NCBI GenBank assembly: GCA_050872585.1
Contig: JBNMHE010000001.1
Span: 1-42,114, forward strand
DNA length: 42,114 bases
Source: Rhodocyclales bacterium
Lineage (GTDB): Bacteria; Pseudomonadota; Gammaproteobacteria; Burkholderiales; Rhodocyclaceae
Reading direction: 5' to 3'
Every line of letters begins with the position of its first letter. The stretch's first letter is position 1. A program made the translations under genes and the position numbers. Under the pieces are notes generated by a model. That model did not search any database and had not been told where the DNA came from. It saw nothing but the letters and a program-made list of their open reading frames with translations. This document shows, one piece after another, positions 35,377 through 42,114 of the stretch.

Positions 35377-37236
35377 TTAAACCGATTCCAATGCACGCAC
35401 GTTGGTGCGTTGATTAGGATCAAAAAGCAATTCTTTGATATCCAAAATCAACACGATTTTGCCGTTGGAAAGTGTGGTCACCCCCGCAATGCCTTTGGGG
35501 CGAAAACCTTCCAAAGATTTCACCACGGCATCATCTCTGCCCGCAAAACTATCCACGCCCAAAATAAAACTGCGTTCTGCCGTTTGAATGGAGACGCCAT
35601 AACCCGGATAACGCTCTTGCGGCCAGCCCAGCAATTTAACCAAAGAAACCACCGGCAACACTTCGCCGCGCACCACCAAGGTTTCTTTGCCGCCCACTTC
35701 TTGGATTTGCTCTTTGTCAATAGGCAAAATTTCACGCACCAGTGAAAGCGGCAAAGCAAAAGGTTGTTCGTCCAATTGCACAATCAAAACCGGCAAAATC
35801 GCAAGCGTTAAAGGCAGCGAAATCACAAAAACCGAGCCTTTGCCCAACTCCGAGCGGATTTCAATAGAACCATTGAGTTTTTGAATATTGGTTTTCACCA
35901 CATCCATCCCCACGCCGCGCCCAGAAACACTGGATATTTGCGTTTTGGTGGAAAATCCGGGTAAGAAAATCAAATTCAAACTTTGGCGGTCATCCAAAGT
36001 GTTGGCTTCTTCCTCAGAAATCAAACCTTTTTCAATGGCTTTGGCACGAATATGTTCGGGGCTCATCCCTTTGCCATCATCGGCAATCATCAACACAATG
36101 TGGTCGCCTTCTTGACGCGCTTCCAAGCGTACCAAACTTTTTTCGGGTTTACCATAAGAGCGGCGCTCTTCGGGCGTTTCAACACCGTGGTCAACGGCGT
36201 TCCTAACCAAGTGAATCAACGGATCCGCCAAGTCTTCAATCATCGTTTTGTCGACTTCGGTTTCTTCACCCGCCATCACCAATTCAATGTTTTTGCCCAT
36301 TTGGCGCGCCAAATCCCGCGCGATGCGTGGGTATTTTTGAAAGAGTCTGCCAATGGGTTGCATGCGGGTTTTCATCACGGAATTTTGCAAATCCGAGACC
36401 AACAAATCCAGTTGATTGACCGCTTGATCCAATGCGTGCAAAGTTTCGGTATCGTTTTTGCCAGCCAAAATATCACTTCTTAAACTGGTGAGCCGATTTT
36501 TGGTTAAACCAATTTCGCCCGACAAATTCAAAACTTGGTCAAGCCGCGCAGTATCCACCCGAATGGTGGTTTCTCTGTTGCTTTCAACCGAACGTCTACT
36601 ATTGACAGCGCTGGGCGCGGCTTTGGGCGCAGAAGATGCAACATTGTGCATTGCGGCAGCGCTTGCGGTATTTTGCACGGCAACGGGTGGCGTATTGTTT
36701 TGCGTCATTGCGGCATGCACCGCATTCCAATCCGGTTCATTGGAAACATTGGAAGAAGATGGCGCATTTTGCGCAGGATTTTCCACGGTCGACGCGGATT
36801 TTTTTTCATTTTGCATTTCAGCAGGAACATCCGTTGTCAGCGCCTTACCTTCCACCACATCTTTTAAAGATTGCAAAATGGTGGCATCGGCTGGTTTGGG
36901 TTGCACCATTTGTTGCAATTCGTCAAACATTTGGTGCACGCCTTGCGTTGCCGCCATAATGATATCCATGAGTTCAGGCGTTAATTCCAATTGTCCGTTG
37001 CGCAATTTATCAAAAATATTTTCTGTTAATTGGCAAAGCGTAACCAATTCAACTGCATTCAAAAAGCCGGCACCGCCTTTGATGGTATGAAAACCGCGAA
37101 AAACATCGTTTAACAAACTGCGGTCATCAGGTGTTTTTTCCAATTCCACCAGTTTGTTATCCACATCGCTTAAAAGATCATAAGCTTCTTGCAGAAAATC
37201 CTGTAAGAGTTCTTCCATGCCGGCAAAATCACTCAT
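35377..37236 (-). CDS. cheA: chemotaxis histidine kinase CheA
   Basis: It has an Hpt domain (FRGFHTIKGGAGFL), an HATPase core (LVRNAVDHGVE, DDGKGM, GRGVGMDVV) and a C-terminal CheW-like domain. ATG at 37236 is preceded by AGGAGA. Confidence 0.95.
   Translation of the reverse strand: MSDFAGMEELLQDFLQEAYDLLSDVDNKLVELEKTPDDRSLLNDVFRGFHTIKGGAGFLNAVELVTLCQLTENIFDKLRNGQLELTPELMDIIMAATQGVHQMFDELQQMVQPKPADATILQSLKDVVEGKALTTDVPAEMQNEKKSASTVENPAQNAPSSSNVSNEPDWNAVHAAMTQNNTPPVAVQNTASAAAMHNVASSAPKAAPSAVNSRRSVESNRETTIRVDTARLDQVLNLSGEIGLTKNRLTSLRSDILAGKNDTETLHALDQAVNQLDLLVSDLQNSVMKTRMQPIGRLFQKYPRIARDLARQMGKNIELVMAGEETEVDKTMIEDLADPLIHLVRNAVDHGVETPEERRSYGKPEKSLVRLEARQEGDHIVLMIADDGKGMSPEHIRAKAIEKGLISEEEANTLDDRQSLNLIFLPGFSTKTQISSVSGRGVGMDVVKTNIQKLNGSIEIRSELGKGSVFVISLPLTLAILPVLIVQLDEQPFALPLSLVREILPIDKEQIQEVGGKETLVVRGEVLPVVSLVKLLGWPQERYPGYGVSIQTAERSFILGVDSFAGRDDAVVKSLEGFRPKGIAGVTTLSNGKIVLILDIKELLFDPNQRTNVRALESV
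36782..36793 (-). repeat. 12-mer repeat copy (variant, plus strand TCCACGGTCGAC) inside the cheA linker
   Basis: The sense strand reads GCG TCG ACC GTG GAA, encoding ASTVE, in the low-complexity region after the Hpt domain. Confidence 0.9.
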
Positions 37237-37246
37237 GTTTATTCTC

Positions 37247-38083
37247 CTAGAAGCCAAGATTGGCTAACAATTCATCCACTTGTTCTTGATTGACCACCAC
37301 ATCGGTGCGCCCTTGCGATTTAATCACCGGACCTTGCAACATATGATTAACAGCAGGCGTTTTTTTGTCATCCGGCACCACTTGCAACAAAACGCTCATC
37401 AAACTGCTTTCCAACTCTTGTGCAACCTCAATGATTTTTTTGATGACTTGGCCGGTTAAATCTTGAAAATCTTGCGCCATCATCATTTCATTGAGTTGCT
37501 TATGCAAAATGGCATTTTTTTGCGGCAGTTCTTCGCTTAAAAACGCTTGCGTATCCAAAGACAATTGGCGCAAACCTTGCGCATCCAATTGATTGGCAAA
37601 CAATTGCGCCCAACGATGCGACAAACCTTGTGCCGTTTGATTAACCGAATCCAACACCGGGCGCGCCGTATCAGTGGCATTGAGCACTTTGCAAGCGGCT
37701 TGTTCGGTTAAATTGGCAACGTATTCCAAACGCGCTTTGGTATCCGGCATGGCTTCAATGCTTTTTTCCAGCATTTTGTCATAGCCCAACTTGCGCAAAG
37801 TATCATGCAATGTGCGCGTCATTTGTCCCAGTTGATTGAATACGTTTTCTTGCGCATTCCAATTGTTTTCCACGGTCAACGCAGAATTTTTTTGAAAATT
37901 ATTCACCGAATCTGCCGCATTTTTTAACATTTGTGTTTGTTCGGGCGTAGGCGATGCAACTTTTGCTTGCAAAGGCGGCACAGATGCTTGCACATTTTGT
38001 GGCAAAGCATCATGAGCTTGATTGTTTGCCGCAATAGAATCAAATAAGGCTTCTAATTCGTCAGAATCGTTGGTGGCAGTCAT
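37247..38083 (-). CDS. cheZ: CheY-P phosphatase CheZ
   Basis: QDFQDLTGQVIKKIIEVAQELE matches the CheZ active-site helix, and the C-terminal DELLANLGF matches the CheY-binding peptide. Confidence 0.9.
   Translation of the reverse strand: MTATNDSDELEALFDSIAANNQAHDALPQNVQASVPPLQAKVASPTPEQTQMLKNAADSVNNFQKNSALTVENNWNAQENVFNQLGQMTRTLHDTLRKLGYDKMLEKSIEAMPDTKARLEYVANLTEQAACKVLNATDTARPVLDSVNQTAQGLSHRWAQLFANQLDAQGLRQLSLDTQAFLSEELPQKNAILHKQLNEMMMAQDFQDLTGQVIKKIIEVAQELESSLMSVLLQVVPDDKKTPAVNHMLQGPVIKSQGRTDVVVNQEQVDELLANLGF
37869..37880 (-). repeat. 12-mer repeat copy inside the cheZ N-terminal variable region
   Basis: Exact match. The sense strand reads GCG TTG ACC GTG GAA, encoding ALTVE. Confidence 0.95.
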
Positions 38084-38095
38084 GGTGGTTGCTCC

Positions 38096-38488
38096 TTATT
38101 TGCCCATTTTTTCAAAAATTTTGTTGAGTTTTTCGGACATCGTGCCTGCTGTAAAAGGCTTGACAATGTAGCCGCTGGCACCCGCTTGCGCAGCCGCAAT
38201 GATGTTTTCTTTTTTGGCTTCCGCCGTGACCATCAAAACGGGCAGATTTTGCAAAGCCGGCGTTGCGCGGATATTTTGCAAAAGGGTTAAACCGTCCATA
38301 TTCGGCATATTCCAGTCGGTCACCACAAAATCAAAACCGCCTGATGAGAGTTTTTCCAACGCCACTTTGCCATCTTCTGCTTCATCAACATTGGTAAATC
38401 CCAATTCTTTCAACAAATTACGAACAATGCGCCGCATAGTAGAAAAATCATCCACCACTAAAAATTTAATTTTGGGGTCTACCGCCAT
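38096..38488 (-). CDS. cheY: chemotaxis response regulator CheY
   Basis: 130 aa, collinear with E. coli CheY ([59 protein letters not shown]). Confidence 0.97.
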   Translation of the reverse strand: MAVDPKIKFLVVDDFSTMRRIVRNLLKELGFTNVDEAEDGKVALEKLSSGGFDFVVTDWNMPNMDGLTLLQNIRATPALQNLPVLMVTAEAKKENIIAAAQAGASGYIVKPFTAGTMSEKLNKIFEKMGK

Positions 38489-38513
38489 TTGTTTCTCCTT
38501 TTTTCAATGTTTT

Positions 38514-39461
38514 TTAATGTTTTTCCAACAAAGGCCGCAAGGTATCTGCCAGCGCCACGGCATCAAATTTGGCAACATAAGCATCCACCCCCACATTTTT
38601 GCCCATTGTTCTATTGGCCTCAGAAGACAACGAAGAATGCATAATCACCGGCACATCTTTAAAACGGGCATCGCCTTTGATGTTTTTGGTTAAAACATAG
38701 CCATCCATCTCCGGCATTTCGGCATCCACCAAAATCAAGCGCACTTCATCGCGCATATCGCGCCCAGTTTGCTGAACGTGCATGGCAATGGCTTGAAGAC
38801 GCGTCCAAGCCTCTTGTCCGTTGGTGGCGTGTTTGTGGCGCACGCCCAATTTGTCCAATACTTCGGCAATTTTGCGCCTTGCCACAATAGAATCATCGGC
38901 AAAGAAAACACATGCATTGGAATCAATATGTGCGGCAGGAATATCCATCACCATGGAATCCCCAAAAGCATTGGTTAAAATTTGTTCCACATCCAAAATG
39001 GAAACCAAATTGCCGTTGTCTAATTCAATAACCGCGGTAATCAAACATTGATTGGCACTTAAAACGCTTTCCGGAGCCTTCACACGGTCCCAATCTACAC
39101 GAATAATGCGATCAACTTCATGCACCAAAAAGCCCAATGTGCGCTGGGAATATTCCGCCACCATCATTGTTTTGCCCAAACCTTCAGATGAACCGGTTAA
39201 TTGCAAAAAAGAAGACAAAGACAAAACAGGAATGGCATTGCCACGCAAAGAAATCAATCCTTCTACGCCGTGCGGCATATTCGGGGTTTTGGTAATGTGC
39301 GGCGTTCTGCCAACTTCACGCACTTTAAAAACATTGATGCCAAAAATTTCTTTGGTGCCCAAGTTGAAAAGCAAAATCTCCATTTTGTTGGAGCCTGCCA
39401 AACGCGTGCGGGCATCAACCGTTGCCAATAGATTTTTATTTTCAGTTTGTTCTTCCATCAA
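38514..39461 (-). CDS. cheV: CheV (CheW-like domain fused to a receiver domain)
   Basis: 315 aa with an N-terminal CheW-like domain (FGINVFKVREV...LRGNAIPVL) and a C-terminal REC domain (FFADDS...DAEMPEMDG). Confidence 0.9.
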   Translation of the reverse strand: MMEEQTENKNLLATVDARTRLAGSNKMEILLFNLGTKEIFGINVFKVREVGRTPHITKTPNMPHGVEGLISLRGNAIPVLSLSSFLQLTGSSEGLGKTMMVAEYSQRTLGFLVHEVDRIIRVDWDRVKAPESVLSANQCLITAVIELDNGNLVSILDVEQILTNAFGDSMVMDIPAAHIDSNACVFFADDSIVARRKIAEVLDKLGVRHKHATNGQEAWTRLQAIAMHVQQTGRDMRDEVRLILVDAEMPEMDGYVLTKNIKGDARFKDVPVIMHSSLSSEANRTMGKNVGVDAYVAKFDAVALADTLRPLLEKH

Positions 39462-39467
39462 AATCTC

Positions 39468-40418
39468 CTAGGAAATCGCCTTCAAGCGCCGTGCCAAGGT
39501 TTCAGACAAGCGCAAGGGGTCAAACTTCGGCACGTATTCATCCACGCCTACGGATTTGCCTAATTCCTGATTGGATAAGCTTGATAAGCTTGAGTGCATA
39601 ATCACTGGAATGTCGTTCAAACGCGGGTCGGTTTTGATTTTTTTGGTCAAAATATAACCATCCATCTCCGGCATTTCAATGTCGGTTAAAACAAGTGCCA
39701 CGCTATCTCGCGCACGTTTGCCGGTGCTTTGCTCCAAGTTGGCAATTTTGTCTAATTCTTCCCAAAGCAAGCGACCGTTTGCGGCACCAACGCCTTTCAC
39801 ACCCATTGTCTCTAATGTTTTGGCGATTTGTTTTCGTGCCACGCTCGAGTCATCACAATAGTAAACCGTTAAATCGTGGCGGTTCAATTCTTCAACACCG
39901 CGGAAGGCAATATCGTTGTCAATGGAAGTTGTTTCAGACAAAACTTTTTCTACGTCCATCAGCATCACAAGCCGACTGTCTTCTAATTCTGTAACAGCCG
40001 TTACCAATCCACCCGTTTGCGCCGTCAACATCTCTGGCGGCACGGACATTTTGGACCAATCCAAACGCAAAATGGTATCCACGCCTTCCACCAAAAAACC
40101 CTGCGTGTGGCCGGCGTATTCGGTAACAATTAAAATCTCGCGCGGAGTCGTTACCGGAATGCCTGCGTATTTGGCCAAATCAATCACCGGCACCAACACA
40201 CCACGCAAACTCACCATTCCTTCTACCGCCGCAGGCATATCTGGCGCGGCGGTAATCGTCGGGGTGCGCATGACTTCGCGCACTTTAAAAACATTGATTC
40301 CATAAGTTTCTCGGCGATTGGTGCGCGGATCCACTCCTAAAAAAAACAGCAGAATCTCCAACTTATTGGTGCCCGCCAACTTGGTGCGGGCGTCAATACT
40401 TTTGAGCAAATCCGACAT
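39468..40418 (-). CDS. cheV: CheV paralogue (CheW-like domain fused to a receiver domain)
   Basis: 316 aa with the same architecture as the adjacent CheV, and roughly half its residues identical by eye. Confidence 0.9.
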   Translation of the reverse strand: MSDLLKSIDARTKLAGTNKLEILLFFLGVDPRTNRRETYGINVFKVREVMRTPTITAAPDMPAAVEGMVSLRGVLVPVIDLAKYAGIPVTTPREILIVTEYAGHTQGFLVEGVDTILRLDWSKMSVPPEMLTAQTGGLVTAVTELEDSRLVMLMDVEKVLSETTSIDNDIAFRGVEELNRHDLTVYYCDDSSVARKQIAKTLETMGVKGVGAANGRLLWEELDKIANLEQSTGKRARDSVALVLTDIEMPEMDGYILTKKIKTDPRLNDIPVIMHSSLSSLSNQELGKSVGVDEYVPKFDPLRLSETLARRLKAIS

Positions 40419-40481
40419 GCCAATCCCCTTTAATACTTTTTTTATTCAATCAATCGCTAGTTTAAACCAAAGGCCAAATTT

Positions 40482-40531
40482 TCCACGGTCAACGCTTCTT
40501 TTTTTTGAAAAAATTTTGCGTTCACCGTGGA
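40482..40531. terminator. inverted pair of the 12-mer repeat (40482-40493, variant GTTCACCGTGGA at 40520-40531) after the thiolase gene
   Basis: Arms with one mismatch, about 20 nt downstream of the thiolase stop on the minus strand. Confidence 0.45.
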
Positions 40532-40551
40532 AAAACAAATCTAAAAAAGAT

Positions 40552-41733
40552 TTACATCCGTTCAAAAATAGCGGCAATGCCTTGGCCGCCACCGATGCAC
40601 ATCGTTACCAAACCGTATTTGCCACCTGTGCGTTGCAATTCATAAAGCGCTTTGGTTGCCACAAATGCGCCCGTGCAGCCCACCGGATGCCCCAAAGCAA
40701 TGGCGCCGCCATTGGGGTTGGTTTTGGCTGGGTCAAAGCCCAATTCATTTGCCACGGCACAAGCTTGTGCGGCAAAGGCTTCATTGGCTTCAATCACATC
40801 CATTTGGTCTAAACTCAAACCGGCTTTTTTAAGCGCCAAGCGCACAGCGGGAACAGGACCAATGCCCATAATTTCATGCGGCACGCCTGCCACAGCATAA
40901 GAAACCAAACGTGCCATCGGTTTTTGACCAGCGGCTTTGGCGGCTTCTTCGGAAGCCAACACAAAAAAGCATGCGCCATCATTGAGCGATGAAGCATTGC
41001 CCGCGGTTACCGTGCCGTCTTTTTTGAAAACAGGTTTCATTTTGGCTAATTTTTCTAAGGTAACTTCTTTGGGATTTTCATCCACATTGAACACCACATC
41101 GCCTTTGCGGGTTTTTAAAGTGATATCCACAATTTGCGATTTAAAATGGCCAGCTTTAATGGCGGCAGCGGCACGCGTTTGCGAAGTTAAAGCCAATTCA
41201 TCTTGCATTTGGCGCGTGATGCCGTATTTTTCTGCGACATTTTCAGCGGTAACACCCATATGCCCAACACCAAATGGGTCGGTTACAACCGAAACCATAC
41301 CGTCAAAAGCGCTCACATCGCCCATGCGTGCGCCCCAACGCAAATTAGGCAACATATAAGCCGCACGCGACATGGATTCCACACCGCCGCCAATGCCGTA
41401 TTGCACTTCACCTAACATAATTTGTTGTGCGGTGGTCACAATGGCTTGCAAACCCGAAGAACACAAGCGATTGACCGCCATTGCAATGGAATTGTTTTCA
41501 TCACAACCAGCATTGACCGATGCCACGCGTGCCACATAAGCATAACGTTTATCGGTGGGCATGGTGTTGCCAACGGTCACATATTCAATGGCTTTGGGAT
41601 CCACGCCGGAACGCGCAATGGCTTCTTTCATCACCACCGTGGCCAATTCACAAGGTTCCATATCTTTCAAAGAACCACCATAAGCACCGATTGCAGAACG
41701 CACAGCACTCAAAACCACAACGTCTTTACTCAT
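40552..41733 (-). CDS. acetyl-CoA C-acetyltransferase (thiolase II)
   Basis: 393 aa with the active-site Cys region (VNRLCSSGLQA), and the C-terminal NPNGGAIALGHP and MCIGGGQG motifs. Confidence 0.93.
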   Translation of the reverse strand: MSKDVVVLSAVRSAIGAYGGSLKDMEPCELATVVMKEAIARSGVDPKAIEYVTVGNTMPTDKRYAYVARVASVNAGCDENNSIAMAVNRLCSSGLQAIVTTAQQIMLGEVQYGIGGGVESMSRAAYMLPNLRWGARMGDVSAFDGMVSVVTDPFGVGHMGVTAENVAEKYGITRQMQDELALTSQTRAAAAIKAGHFKSQIVDITLKTRKGDVVFNVDENPKEVTLEKLAKMKPVFKKDGTVTAGNASSLNDGACFFVLASEEAAKAAGQKPMARLVSYAVAGVPHEIMGIGPVPAVRLALKKAGLSLDQMDVIEANEAFAAQACAVANELGFDPAKTNPNGGAIALGHPVGCTGAFVATKALYELQRTGGKYGLVTMCIGGGQGIAAIFERM

Positions 41734-41956
41734 TACTTTTTCTCCTCACTTAAAAAATACCTGACCATTTCTGCACACAACAAAAACGGCACAAGCACCG
41801 GGCACAACAAAAATTTTCAACCGAACACTTGTTGTTGTAAGCTTTGGCGGCCACAATTTGCTTTGCGCACAGACCAAAGTCGGCAAGGCGCATTTTAAAC
41901 CAAATTGCCTTGTCTTAAAACAACATAGGCAAAATTGCCGTTTGCCAAAATAAAAA

Positions 41957-42007
41957 TCCACGGTCAACCCTTATTTTTTTTGAATTTTTTTTGGCGTTGA
42001 CCGTGGA
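41957..42007. repeat. inverted pair of the 12-mer repeat (41957-41968 and 41996-42007) in a divergent intergenic region
   Basis: Exact arms between the thiolase start and the start of the next plus-strand ORF. Confidence 0.9.
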
Positions 42008-42043
42008 AAAACGTAAAATCACACTATTTTTCAGGATGACGCC

Positions 42044-42114
42044 ATGTTTTCTAATGTCAAAAACAAAAAACAACCATTTAATAAAACATTTAATGCATCT
42101 CGAGGGGGGGGGGG
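42044..42114 (+). CDS. 5' end of an unidentified ORF running into a poly-G tract (partial, truncated by the window edge)
   Basis: ATG at 42044 is preceded by AGGATGA and the frame is open to the window end. A second frame starting at GTG 42003 is also open, so the true frame is undetermined. Confidence 0.3.
   Translation, partial: MFSNVKNKKQPFNKTFNASRGGG
42104..42114 (+). repeat. homopolymer G of at least 11 nt at the window edge
   Basis: Counted directly. The tract is cut by the end of the window. Confidence 0.9.

Noticed and set aside
36176-36196. A near-match to the repeat (GTTGACCACGGTG on the cheA sense strand), a degenerate GTTGAACCGTGGTGG at about 7910-7925, and TCCACCGTGAC at 28519-28529.
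   Set aside because: Each differs at two or more positions or by an indel, and none has the flanking A-tract. The first encodes the conserved CheA N-box residues AVDHGV and the last the conserved GlmS C-terminus VTVE, so they are explained by protein constraints.
41734-41956. A 220-nt untranslated stretch upstream of the thiolase gene that is less AT-rich than other intergenic gaps, considered as a possible riboswitch, leader or sRNA.
   Set aside because: Only short imperfect hairpins were found (for example GGCAAGG...CCTTGTC and GGCAA-AA-TTGCC), and I recognise no known riboswitch core. The evidence is insufficient to call a feature.

Overview
42.1-kb chromosomal window from a roughly 40% G+C, flagellated beta- or gamma-proteobacterium. 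LysS, CheY and a type-A RNase P RNA resemble Neisseria and E. coli orthologues by eye; the taxon cannot be fixed without a search. Most genes are housekeeping: ispB, lysS, menA, uvrC, pgsA, sodB, xseA, cysK, dnaE, the ratA/rnfH/smpB block, dnaB, glmS, a dGTPase and a thiolase. RNA genes are tRNA-Pro, tRNA-Leu, tRNA-Gly and rnpB. There is also a cheV-cheV-cheY-cheZ-cheA chemotaxis operon. Accessory content comprises a GT2 glycosyltransferase behind a (CAAT)14 tract, and a very AT-rich orphan gamma-class N6-adenine DNA methyltransferase between xseA and rnpB. It also includes a TPR/GT41 protein and a glycan locus. The locus holds a 1258-aa multidomain glycosyltransferase, a radical SAM enzyme and a CmcI-like methyltransferase carrying a G14 tract. 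The most striking signal is not a gene. The non-palindromic 12-mer GTTGACCGTGGA occurs 37 times: 31 exact copies and 6 with one mismatch, about 0.9 per kb. It has a conserved phased A-tract and sits singly or as inverted pairs in almost every intergenic gap. It is also embedded in one fixed reading frame in cheA, cheZ and the large glycosyltransferase, and supplies the apparent start codons of uvrC and dnaB. Its density and architecture resemble the Neisseriaceae DUS and Pasteurellaceae USS, but the sequence matches neither. I propose it as a candidate undescribed DNA-uptake-type or REP-like element. Several simple-sequence contingency tracts ((CAAT)14, C14, G9, G7 and at least G11 at the window edge) suggest phase-variable surface and glycan functions. 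No CRISPR array, transposase, integrase or prophage genes were seen.
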